From an uncultured Acidobacteriota bacterium (GTDB lineage Bacteria; Acidobacteriota; Thermoanaerobaculia; Gp7-AA8): DNA of 64,000 bases. Positions 8,949-17,542 of this stretch are shown here, in pieces. Position 1 is the first letter of the stretch. Every line of letters starts with the position of its first letter. The DNA is taken from NCBI GenBank assembly GCA_963793695.1, contig CAWCBB010000016.1:132550-196549 (forward strand), in the 5' to 3' direction. A program made the position numbers and the translations under genes. Under the pieces are notes generated by a model, which saw only the letters and a list, made by a program, of their open reading frames with translations, was not told the DNA's origin and did no database searches.

Positions 8949-9820
8949 TTCGCCACGGCCTGGTGCGCGACGATGTCCGCCATGTAGGAAGAGCGAACGA
9001 ACGGTCCCGCGAACACCGCGCGGAAGCCGAGGTCGAGGCCGGCGAGGCGGTACTCCTCGAAGACGTCCGGATGCACGTACTCCGCGACCTGCAGCTTCGT
9101 CCGGTTCGGCTGGAGGTACTGGCCGATCGTGAGGATCTCGACGCCGGCGCCCCGCAGGGCCTTCATCGAGTCGAGGACCTCGTCCTTCCGCTCGCCGAAT
9201 CCGACCATCATGCCGGACTTCGTGACGACGGCCGGCTCGGTCTTCCTGGCGTGCTCGAGGACCGCGATCGACCGCTCGAATCGCGCTCCGCGCCGCACGA
9301 GGTCGTGCAGCCGCGGGACCGTCTCGACGTTGTGGTTGAAGTAATCCGGCTTCTCGCGGACGACGGTCTCCACGTTCTCGAGCTTTCCGCGAAAGTCGGA
9401 CGTCAGCACTTCGACCGCGACGTCGGGGAGCGCGGCGCGCAGCTCGCGGATCGTCCGGGCGAACTGGACCGCGCCGCCGTCGGCCAGATCGTCGCGCGTC
9501 ACGCACGTCACCACCACGTGCCGCAGGCTCATCCTCCGCGCCGCCTCGGCGACGTTCCGCGGCTCCTCCGGGTCGGGAGGCGCGTAGGGCCGCCCGGTGG
9601 TCACGTTGCAGAAGCCGCACTTCCGCGTGCAGATGTCTCCCAGGATCATGAAGGTCGCCGTCCCGCGCGTGAAGCATTCGGTGCGGTTCGGGCACGCGAG
9701 CGACTCGCAGACGGAATGGAGCTCCTTCTCGCGCAGAAGCTTCTTGATCTCGTGCAGGCCCGCGAGGTTGATTTTCTTCTCGCGGATCCACTCGGGAAGG
9801 CGGGGGGAGGGGGTGGTCAT
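8945..9820 (-). CDS. lipA: lipoyl synthase
   Basis: ORF 8945..10030, trimmed to ATG 9820 (MTTPSPRLPEWIREKK). It carries the radical-SAM CxxxCxxC motif (CTRKCGFCNV) and the N-terminal cluster motif CESLACPNRTEC. Confidence 0.95.
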   Translation of the reverse strand: MTTPSPRLPEWIREKKINLAGLHEIKKLLREKELHSVCESLACPNRTECFTRGTATFMILGDICTRKCGFCNVTTGRPYAPPDPEEPRNVAEAARRMSLRHVVVTCVTRDDLADGGAVQFARTIRELRAALPDVAVEVLTSDFRGKLENVETVVREKPDYFNHNVETVPRLHDLVRRGARFERSIAVLEHARKTEPAVVTKSGMMVGFGERKDEVLDSMKALRGAGVEILTIGQYLQPNRTKLQVAEYVHPDVFEEYRLAGLDLGFRAVFAGPFVRSSYMADIVAHQAVAK

Positions 9821-9861
9821 GCGGAGCCGAATTCTATCGCGGAGAAGCGGGGTAACGGCTG

Positions 9862-9930
9862 CATTCAACATTCGCCATTCAACATTCGGGTTCTGCCCCG
9901 CGAGCAATGTTGAATGTTGAATGTTGAATG
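9862..9930. repeat. inverted-microsatellite hairpin, TCAACAT flavour
   Basis: CATTCAACATTCGCCATTCAACATTC - gggttctgccccgcgagc - AATGTTGAATGTTGAATGTTGAATG. Confidence 0.85.
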
Positions 9931-9956
9931 AAGAAAACGGGGGCCGAAGCCCCCGT
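9931..9956 (-). terminator. intrinsic terminator downstream of carD
   Basis: The minus strand reads ACGGGGGC-uucg-GCCCCCGU followed by UUUUCUU: an 8-bp GC stem, a UUCG tetraloop and a U-tract, 23 nt after the carD stop. Confidence 0.7.
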
Positions 9957-9978
9957 CGAAACCGAATGACTCTGCGGG

Positions 9979-10497
9979 TCAGTGTCCCGTGGCGACGGCG
10001 ATGATGCCGCCGAGGGACTTGTCGAGGCACTTCTCGATGAGCGCCTCCGCTTCCTTCTCTTCGATCCCCTTCACCACGGCGATCTCGGAAACGAGCAGAT
10101 GCTTGGCGCGCTCGTACATCTTCTTCTCGCGGAACGAGAGGCTCTTCCGCTTCGAGACCTGCGTGAGGTTCTTGAGCACGTCCGCGACGTCCTCGAGCTT
10201 GCCGCTCTTCATCTTCTCGAGGTTATCGCGGTAGCGGTCCTTCCAGTCGCGCGCGGCGTGGGAGGGACGCTCCTCGAGGAGGGAAAAGAGGCTTTTGATC
10301 TGGCTCTGCCGGTACAGAGGGCGGAGCCCGACCCGGTCGCTGTTGCCGACCGGAACCATGAGACGCGAGTTGTTCGAGAGGAGCCGCAGATGAAGAAAGA
10401 TATTGTCGACCCCGGCAATGTCGGAATCGCCAATCTGCTCAATGACGGTCACACCGTGATTCGGATAAACAACCTTTTCTCCGACTTTGAAAGACAC
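9979..10497 (-). CDS. carD: CarD/CdnL family transcriptional regulator
   Basis: Intact 172-aa ORF with GTG start and an AAGGAG SD 6 nt upstream. The N-terminus FKVGEKVVYPNHGVTVIEQI is the Tudor-like RNAP-interaction domain and the C-terminal half is helical. Confidence 0.9.
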   Translation of the reverse strand: MSFKVGEKVVYPNHGVTVIEQIGDSDIAGVDNIFLHLRLLSNNSRLMVPVGNSDRVGLRPLYRQSQIKSLFSLLEERPSHAARDWKDRYRDNLEKMKSGKLEDVADVLKNLTQVSKRKSLSFREKKMYERAKHLLVSEIAVVKGIEEKEAEALIEKCLDKSLGGIIAVATGH

Positions 10498-10599
10498 CAG
10501 TCGCTCCTTCTGTCAAAGATGAACCGATCCGTAAGAGACTGAGAGGATAAAGAGCGGATCGGAGGAGAGCCCTGCCGAGGCTATGCGCGGCAGGAGAGG

Positions 10600-10628
10600 A
10601 TTATCGCACAGAGACCCAGCCTTGTCAC
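10600..10628 (-). promoter_or_regulatory. sigma70-like promoter for carD
   Basis: The minus strand reads GTGACA - 17 nt - GATAAT (5/6 match each). The predicted leader of about 95 nt holds two hairpins (CCTGCCG...CGGCAGG and CCGATCCG...CGGATCGG). Confidence 0.45.
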
Positions 10629-10685
10629 GCCGAGGGATCACACCGGACGCTACTTTGCCGACCGCCGGAAGGCGGCCGGCGGGGC

Positions 10686-11610
10686 TCAGGGACGGAGCCG
10701 ATCGAGGAGTTTCTGGAGGCGTTCCAGCCCGTCCTTGCGGCTGGCCTCGTCGCCGAGCAGGCGCACCTGTATCTCTCTGAGCTCGAAGTAGATATCGTCG
10801 TCGTGGGCCGTCTGTGCCGCTGGCGGCGGGACGGCTGCGATCCGAGGCGCAGCCGCGCTTCCGACGCGCGATTCGAGCAGCGCCATGACTTCATCGGCGG
10901 CGTTGCGGAGCTTGCGGTAGTCGCGCTCGCCCACCGCGTCTTCCAAGACCCCGACCCTGCGCACGATCGTGGCGAACGGGCTGTCCGGATTGTCGACGAG
11001 CGTCGCTCGATAGACGGCGAGATCGACCGAGCCCTTCTCTCCCGGATCCGTGCTGACCCATAGCGGTCGCCGTCGCCTCCCGGGCGATCTGCGGCACCTC
11101 GATCATGCGTTCCTCGCCCGGCTCCAGCCACGTCTTCACGGCGATGGTCTCCGAGACGGCGCTCTCGCGCCCGATGGGGAGGTAAGTCAACTCGACCCGG
11201 TCGACGTAGACGTGGCGGTTGTTGAGCAGCAGCACGCGGCGCCCGGGCGTCTGGATGCGGAAGCGGTACGCGAGCTTTCCCTTCAGCTCGAACGAGTCGA
11301 GCTCCGGCTTCTCCTTGTTCGTCTTGACGGTGAACCGCTCTTCGTTCCGATCCGCCTCGGTGCGGGCGTAGGCCGCATACCGGTACTCGTAGTCCGAGAT
11401 CCTGCCGCGGAGCGTCTCCAAGTCCTCCGCGACGATCTTTTCCAGGACGTCGCGGGGGAGGTCCCGCCGCGCGACGTCGGCGATGCGGCGCATCACCTTC
11501 GCGTCCTCGTACACCTGGCGCGCGATCTCGCGATCTTCCGTCGAAGAGACCTGCGCCGCCGCCTGGAATGCGAAGAGGAGGGCGATTGCGCTCGAAAAAA
11601 AGTTCTTCAT
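10686..11610 (-). CDS. hypothetical exported protein, one frame break near 11055
   Basis: ORF 10891..11610 (MKNFFSSAIALLFAFQAAAQ signal peptide) continues in ORF 10686..10964. The start overlaps the deoB stop (ATGA). I recognise no family. Confidence 0.55.
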
Positions 11611-12808
11611 CGGGTTTCTCCTGAAGGGTTCGACGCGCGTGGATCGAAGATCGTATCGAGAGCGCTCCGGCCGGGAAGTCCGCGGCGCGAGGCGCCGAGG
11701 TGCTCGGCGACCGTGGCTCCCAGGTCCGCGAAGGTGGAGCGGATGCCGAGATCCCCGGCCTGACCTTCGGCCCGGCGGCGACCAGCGGCACGTACTCGCG
11801 CGTGTGGTCGGTCGAGACGTCGGTCGGGTCGCATCCGTGGTCCGCGGTGAGGAAAAGGATGTCGTCGGGGCGGAGAGCGGCCAGCAGCGCCGGGATCCGC
11901 GCGTCGAGCTCCTCGAGCGCGCGGGCGTAGCCGTGAACGTCGTTGCGATGGCCGTACTTCGAGTCGAAATCGACGAGGTTCGTGAAGATGAGCGAGGCGT
12001 CCGAGCCGGCCGCCAGCTCGGTCGTCTTCGCCATGCCGTCGGCGTTCGACTCGCTCCGGATCTCCTCGTCGATCCCGACGCGGTCGAAGATGTCGGCGAT
12101 CTTGCCGACGCCGACGACCTTCCCGCCCGCGCTCCTCACGCGATCGAGGACGGTCTCGCCGGTCGGAGTCACGGAGAAATCGCGACGGTTCGCCGTTCTG
12201 GTGAACCGTCCCTTGCCCGGCCCGACGAAAGGTCGCGCGATGACGCGGCCGATGTTGTGCTCTCCCCGCATCAGCTCGCGGGCGACGGCGCAGATCCGCC
12301 AGAGCTCCTCGATCGGGATCACGTTCTCGTGAGCGGCGACCTGGAAGACGGAATCGCCCGAGGTGTAGACGATCGGCTTTCCGGTGCGCATGTGCTCCTC
12401 GCCGAGCCGGTCGATGATCTCGGTGCCGGACGCGGGGCCGATCGCGAACACCTGGCGCCCGATCCGCCGCTCGTACTCGCGGATGACCTCCTCGGGGAAC
12501 CCGTCGGGATACGTCCGGAACGGTTCTTCGACGACGAGGCCCATCATCTCCCAGTGCCCGGTCGTGGTGTCTTTCCCGGCGGAGAGCTCGGCCATGCGTC
12601 CCCACGCGCCGCGGGGGGCGAGCTCGCTGCGCGGCGCGGCGAGCGTCCGGAGAAGGCCGAGCCGCTCGAGGTTCGGCAGGCGCGGGGAGGCGTCGCGAAG
12701 GATGTGGCCGAGCGTGTCGGAGCCGGCGTCGCCGTACGCCGGGGCGTCGGGGAGCTCTCCCACGCCGAGCGAGTCGCAGACGAGAATGATGGCGCGGGGG
12801 CGGTTCAT
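11607..12808 (-). CDS. deoB: phosphopentomutase, one frame break near 11765
   Basis: N-terminus MNRPRAIILVCDSLGVGELPDA...GKDTTTGHWEMMG and the motif TADHGCDPT fit DeoB. The C-terminus (GDLGIRSTFADLGATVAEHLG) lies in the frame of ORF 11607..12968. Confidence 0.9.
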
Positions 12809-14131
12809 GCGGGCTCCGGGGTGAGGATGTCGTGAACGAGGGGACGGCGCGGAGGCGGGGCGTCCGCGATCGCGAGCGCCTGGAGGAAGCGGCGGGACTG
12901 CTCGTCGCCGGAGATGGAGTCGCGCGACCAGGAGAGGACGGCGAGGACGTCGCCGCCGCGGACTTCATCGCCGACGGATGCGAGCAGCTCGATGCCGGCC
13001 GTGGGGTCGACCTCGTCGTCCTGACGCCGCCGGCCGGCGCCGAGCTCGAGCGCGATCATGCCGATGCGCCAGGTCTCCATCGAGTCGACCCAGCCGCCGC
13101 GCGGCGCGCGGACTTCGATCCGCCGTTTCGCGGTCCCCAGCTTCCCGGGCGCTTCGATGAAATCGGGGTTCCCTCCCTGCGCCTCGACCCACTGCTTTCC
13201 CTTTCGCGAGCGCGGCGCCGGAGGTGAGAGCGTCGTCGAGAGCTTTCCCGGCTGTGTCGCGGCCGAATCGTCCGCTGGCGAGCAGGATCCGCTCGGCCTG
13301 GGCGCGGGTGAGCGCGCGGACGTCGCCGGGCCCCTTCCCCGCGAGGACGGCGAACGCCTCGACGACCTCGTTCGCGTTCCCGATCGCCCGCCCCAGCGGC
13401 TGGTCCATGTCGGTGATCATCGCCTCGGCCCGCATGCCGCTTCCGGCGGCCGCGTCGAGCAGCGAGCGCGCGAGCTGGTGCGCGCTCTCGTAGCTCGGCA
13501 TGAACGCGCCGCTTCCCGTCTTCACGTCGAGGAGGAGGAAGCTCGATCCGAACGCGAGCTTCTTCGACATGATCGACGCCGTGATCAGAGGGAGGGACTC
13601 GACCGTCCCGGTGACGTCGCGCAGGGCGTACATCTTCCGGTCGGCGGGGGCGATCGCCTCGGTCGAGGTCGCGATCGCGCAGCCGGTGTGCTCGATGACC
13701 GAGATCAGCTCGCGCTTCGAGAGGCGCGCGTTGAATCCCGGGATCGTCTCGAGCTTGTCGAGGGTCCCCCCGGTGTGCCCCAGCCCCCGGCCGGAGAGCA
13801 TCCCGATTCGAACCCCGCAGGCCGCGACCCAGGGGGCGAGAACGAGCGAGATCTTGTCTCCGACTCCGCCCGTCGAGTGCTTGTCGGCGACGAAGCCGAG
13901 CTCGTCGCGCAGGTTCCACTGCTCCCCCGAGCCGACCACGGCGGCGGTCAGCGCGGCGGTCTCGCCGCGGGTCATCCCGCGGGTCGCCACGGCCATGAGG
14001 AACGCGCTCATCTGATAGTCGGCGATCTCCCCCGCGGTGAACCCGCGGACGATCCAGGCGATCTCGTCGGAGGACAGCTCCTCGCCGCGGCGCTTGTGGT
14101 TGAGGAGCTCGTAGGGGGAGAAGGACGGCAT
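12805..14131 (-). CDS. deoA: thymidine/pyrimidine-nucleoside phosphorylase, one frame break near 13200
   Basis: ORF 12965..14170 trimmed to ATG 14131. Motifs DKHSTGGVGDK and SGRGLGHTGGTLDKLE are present. The C-terminal domain continues in ORF 12805..13080. The stop overlaps the deoB start (ATGA). Confidence 0.9.
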
Positions 14132-14159
14132 CGGCGCTATTGTATGGTCCCGGGGGAAA

Positions 14160-14275
14160 GACAAATGCAAAATGCAGAATGCAAAATGAAAAATACGAAA
14201 AGGAAACCGGCCCGGGATTCACCGGCAGCTTCCTTCTTGGACTTTACATTTTGCATTTTGCATTTTGCATTTGTC
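14160..14275. repeat. inverted-microsatellite hairpin, AT-rich ATGCAAA flavour
   Basis: GACAAATGCAAAATGCAGAATGCAAAATGAAAAATAC ... TTACATTTTGCATTTTGCATTTTGCATTTGTC. It fills the divergent deoA/queC intergenic region and has a close relative at 53904-53995. Confidence 0.9.
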
Positions 14276-14282
14276 TTTTGAT

Positions 14283-14965
14283 ATGCCCCACCCACCAATA
14301 CACGCTGTAGTCCTCCTGAGCGGCGGCCTCGACTCCGCGACCGTGCTCGCGCTTGCGCGGCGCGAGGGGCGCGAGGTGTCGGCGCTGTCGTTCGACTACG
14401 GGCAGCGCCACCGGGTCGAGCTCGAGGCGGCGGCGCGGGTCGCTTCCTCCCTCGGCGCCGCGAGACACGTATCGTGCCGGTCGACCTGCGCGCCTTCGGC
14501 GGGAGCGCTCTCACGGACGACATCGATGTCCCGAAAGACGCGCTGGGGCGCGACGCGGTTCCGGTCACGTACGTTCCTGCGCGGAATACCGTCTTTCTTT
14601 CTCTGGCGCTCGCCTATGCCGAAGCGCGCGGCGCGAAGGAGATCTGGCTCGGGGTGAACGCGGTCGACTTCAGCGGGTACCCCGACTGCCGGCCGGAGTT
14701 TCTCGAGGCGTTCCGGCGGGTGATCCTCACCGGAACGCGGAGCGGCGTGGACCGCGGAGAGCCGCGCGTAGTGGCGCCGCTCCTCGAGATGTCGAAAGGG
14801 GAGATCATCCGTACCGGCACCGCCCTGGGGGTCGATTTTTCTCTGACGGTCTCCTGTTACGACCCCGACGGAAAGGGGTGGGCCTGCGGCCACTGCGACT
14901 CCTGCCTTCTGCGGAAGGAGGGATTCGCCGCCGCGGGCGTCGCCGACCCGACTCGCTACCGATGA
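14283..14965 (+). CDS. queC: 7-cyano-7-deazaguanine synthase, one frame break near 14470
   Basis: [20 protein letters not shown] (PP-loop SGGxDS) in ORF 14265..14657, then ORF 14474..14965 ([13 protein letters not shown]-terminal Zn motif CGHCDSC). Confidence 0.9.
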
Positions 14966-15597
14966 TTCGCATCACCGAGATCTTCCATTCGATTCAGGGA
15001 GAGTCCACGCACGCGGGGCGCCCCTGCATCTTCATCCGCCTCACGGGCTGCAATCTCCGCTGCAGCTGGTGCGATTCCGCGTACACGTTCACCGGCGGCG
15101 AGCCGATGTCGATCGAGTCGATTCTCGAGACGATCGCGACGTGGGATTGCCGTCTCGTCGAGGTGACGGGCGGAGAGCCGCTCGCGCAGAAGGAGTCGCT
15201 CGAGTTGATCCGCCGGCTCGCCGACGCCGGCTACGAGGTCCTGATCGAGACGTCCGGATCGATCGACATCGAGCCGGTCGACCCGAGGGCGAAGATCATC
15301 CTCGACGTGAAGTGCCCCGGCTCGGGGGAGGAGCGGAAGAACTTCTGGCCCAACCTCGCGAAACTCCGCGCGCACGACGAGGTCAAATTCGTGCTCGCCG
15401 ACCGTGCCGATTACGACTACGCCCTCGGCGTGATCCGGGAGCACGGCCTCGAGGGGCGGGCGCTGCTTTTCTCCCCCGTGTGGGGATCGCTCGATCTGAA
15501 GGACCTCGCAGCCTGGATGCTCGAGGACAGGATCGAGGCGCGGCTCCAGATCCAGCTGCACAAGCTGATCTGGGGAGCGGACGCGCGCGGAGTCTAG
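14962..15597 (+). CDS. queE: 7-carboxy-7-deazaguanine synthase (radical SAM)
   Basis: ATG 14962 overlaps the queC stop (ATGA). [39 protein letters not shown] carries the QueE CxxxCxxC signature. The gene is intact. The stop TAG 15595-15597 lies in the first GTCTAGGG unit. Confidence 0.9.
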   Translation: MIRITEIFHSIQGESTHAGRPCIFIRLTGCNLRCSWCDSAYTFTGGEPMSIESILETIATWDCRLVEVTGGEPLAQKESLELIRRLADAGYEVLIETSGSIDIEPVDPRAKIILDVKCPGSGEERKNFWPNLAKLRAHDEVKFVLADRADYDYALGVIREHGLEGRALLFSPVWGSLDLKDLAAWMLEDRIEARLQIQLHKLIWGADARGV

Positions 15598-16112
15598 GGG
15601 TCTGGGAGTCTAGGGGTCTAGGAGTCTAGGGGTCTGGGAGTCTAGGGGTCTAGGAGTCTAGGGGTCTGGGAGTCGGTCTTGGAGTCGAGTCTGAGGGTCA
15701 GGGTTGGAGTCGTGAAATGACTCCGAACACGACACCCGGGCCGACGCCAGACTCCGACGTTTAGACCCAATGGCCTTAACTTAAGCGATGGTTTCGACGA
15801 CGATGTCATCCCGAGCGTAGCGAGGGATCTGGGCGGGGGCTGCGAAAGAACGCGGCGCCGGTGCAGGGCAGGAGGATCGGCATTCGCTTCGTGATCGCAG
15901 GCGAATCTCGACCCTGCCGCCGTGCTTCGGTGCCGCGTCACGCGTAACCCACCCGCCCAGATCCCTCGCTACACTCGGGATGACAGCTTCGCGGGCAACT
16001 CGCTTAAGTTAAGGCCATTGCGTTTAGACCGACGCTTAGACTCTCAGACGCTTAGACCGACTCCAAGACTCCAAGACTCCAAGACTCCTAGACCCTTAGA
16101 CCCGTTACGCGG
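15592..16112. repeat. inverted-microsatellite hairpin, 8-mer GTCTAGGG/CCTAGAC flavour, carrying a nested MITE
   Basis: Left arm (GTCTRGGR)n runs about 15592-15700. Right arm (TTAGACC/CAAGACTC)n runs 16021-16112. The 253-bp MITE 15768-16020 sits between the arms. Confidence 0.85.
15768..16020. mobile_element. non-autonomous MITE, 253 bp, copy 1
   Basis: 18-bp TIRs CAATGGCCTTAACTTAAG / CTTAAGTTAAGGCCATTG. Flanking 10-bp direct repeat CGTTTAGACC (15758-15767 and 16021-16030). It contains 33-bp inner inverted repeats GTCATCCCGAGCGTAGCGAGGGATCTGGGCGGG (15805-15837 and 15952-15984) and has no ORF. Confidence 0.8.
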
Positions 16113-16143
16113 CCGCCGCCGTTTCCTGTAATCTCTCGCTCCG

Positions 16144-16560
16144 ATGAAGCCCGCGCCCGCCCCCACCCTCGATCACATCGGCATCGCCGTCCGCTCGCTC
16201 GACGCCGCGAGGATCTACCGCGATCTCGGACTCGAGATCGATCACGTGGAGACGGTGGAGTCGCAGGGGGTGAGGACGGCGTTTCTTCCGGTCGGGGACT
16301 CGCGCCTCGAGCTGCTGGAGCCGACCGGTCCGGACTCGCCCGTGGCGAAGCACATCGAGAAGCGGGGGGAGGGGATCCATCACCTCTGCTTCCGGGTCGC
16401 CGACATCGACGCGGAGCTCGAAAAGCTGAAGGCGAAGGGGTATCGCCTCGTGAACGAGTCGCCCGTTCCGGGCGCACACGGTTGCCGCGTCGCGTTTCTC
16501 CACCCGAGCGCGGGCAACGGGGTTCTCATCGAGTTGAGCCAGCCGGAAGGAAAGCGATGA
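16144..16560 (+). CDS. mce: methylmalonyl-CoA epimerase (VOC/glyoxalase family)
   Basis: Intact 138-aa ORF. LDHIGIAV...LELLEP...GEGIHHLCFRV...GVLIEL matches the epimerase pattern. Confidence 0.8.
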   Translation: MKPAPAPTLDHIGIAVRSLDAARIYRDLGLEIDHVETVESQGVRTAFLPVGDSRLELLEPTGPDSPVAKHIEKRGEGIHHLCFRVADIDAELEKLKAKGYRLVNESPVPGAHGCRVAFLHPSAGNGVLIELSQPEGKR

Positions 16561-16913
16561 GCGTTTCGCGCAGTGACGAGACTCTCGAGGGGTTCGAGCG
16601 GGGGGCGATCGTCATCGTCAACCTCGTGAACCCGAAAGAGAAATTCTGGGGAGTCCTCCGCTCGCTCAGCCCGGTCGGCATGACGATCCGCGGCATCAAC
16701 CTCGACTCGTTCGAGGACTGGATCCGGCAGCTCGCGCGCGGCGAGGAGGAGGACCAGACGCTCGATCTCGCGACGATGTTCGTCCCGCTCTTCCGGCTCG
16801 AGCGGCTGTTCCTGGACGAGGCGGTGGGCTCCGTGAAATCGTATTCGGAGGTCTTTCGCGACGTGGTCGGTCAGACCCCGCAGCGATTCCTCGAACTGGA
16901 GGGAGAATCTTGA
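16557..16913 (+). CDS. hypothetical protein
   Basis: ATG 16557 overlaps the mce stop (ATGA). 118 aa (MSVSRSDETLEGFERGAIVIVNL...) with GC3 coding bias. I recognise no motif. Confidence 0.5.
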   Translation: MSVSRSDETLEGFERGAIVIVNLVNPKEKFWGVLRSLSPVGMTIRGINLDSFEDWIRQLARGEEEDQTLDLATMFVPLFRLERLFLDEAVGSVKSYSEVFRDVVGQTPQRFLELEGES

Positions 16914-17464
16914 AACGACTCCTCATTGCCGCGGCCGCGCTCGCGCTGGCGGCGTCGTGCCGCGAAGAAAAGCTCGAGCCGATGGCCCCGCAGCAAGCCG
17001 CCGAAGTGCAGGCGCAGGCGTACAACTTTCACGTCTACCCCGGCGCGGGCTTTCTCGAGCAGCAGACCGACGTGCTGCGGCGCTCGCACTTCGTGCTCCA
17101 TCCGGACGCGGCCGACGCTCCTCCGATGGCGATGTACGAGGCGGACGCGCCGATCGACGAGGTCGCGAAGTTCTACGCCGACAAGTACGGCTACCCCGGC
17201 CTGGCCGAGAACGCGGGGCCGGAGGGGGGAGAAAAGCCCCTCGCCTACTTCACCTCGGGCGATCTGTCCGAGTCGCTCGCGATCAAGCCGATCACCGAGC
17301 AGCTGGGGCTGAAACTGAAGTTCGAAGGGCTCTCGGGCCCCTGGCGCGGAGCGCACGTCTCGCCGAAGCCGAACATGCCGCGCGTCACGCTCCAGCGGCC
17401 GTACTTCGATTTCGTCAACGACCGCGTGGTCGACAAGACGCTCATATTGATGGTGAAGGAGTAG
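16910..17464 (+). CDS. lipoprotein, unknown function
   Basis: The TTG start overlaps the upstream stop. MKRLLIAAAALALAASC has a lipobox. The stop TAG 17462-17464 lies inside the GTAGGGG of the next REP-like element. Confidence 0.65.
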   Translation: MKRLLIAAAALALAASCREEKLEPMAPQQAAEVQAQAYNFHVYPGAGFLEQQTDVLRRSHFVLHPDAADAPPMAMYEADAPIDEVAKFYADKYGYPGLAENAGPEGGEKPLAYFTSGDLSESLAIKPITEQLGLKLKFEGLSGPWRGAHVSPKPNMPRVTLQRPYFDFVNDRVVDKTLILMVKE

Positions 17465-17536
17465 GGGCGGCCTGCGGCCGCCCGGGACCTCGATCCTGCA
17501 AGCCCGGAAATCCGGGCGCCCGCAGGGCGCCCCTAC
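17461..17536. repeat. REP-like compound palindrome
   Basis: GTAGGGGCGGCC-tgc-GGCCGCCC ... CCCGGaaatCCGGG ... GGGCGCCC-gca-GGGCGCCCCTAC. Confidence 0.85.
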
Positions 17537-17542
17537 CAAGAC

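Noticed and set aside
10625-12808. 727-aa ORF suggesting a fused DeoB-plus-extension protein
   Set aside because: Only the first ~350 residues are DeoB-like. The remainder is Arg/Pro-rich read-through in the wrong frame across the downstream exported-protein gene, caused by the frame break near 11765.
14132-14282. preQ1 riboswitch upstream of queC, and cobalamin or purine riboswitches upstream of the BtuF-like, purF and purL genes
   Set aside because: I looked for the short preQ1-I stem-loop with an A-rich tail and for conserved riboswitch cores. The leaders are either filled by the heptamer hairpins or only 10-15 nt long. I cannot run covariance models, so this is a weak negative.
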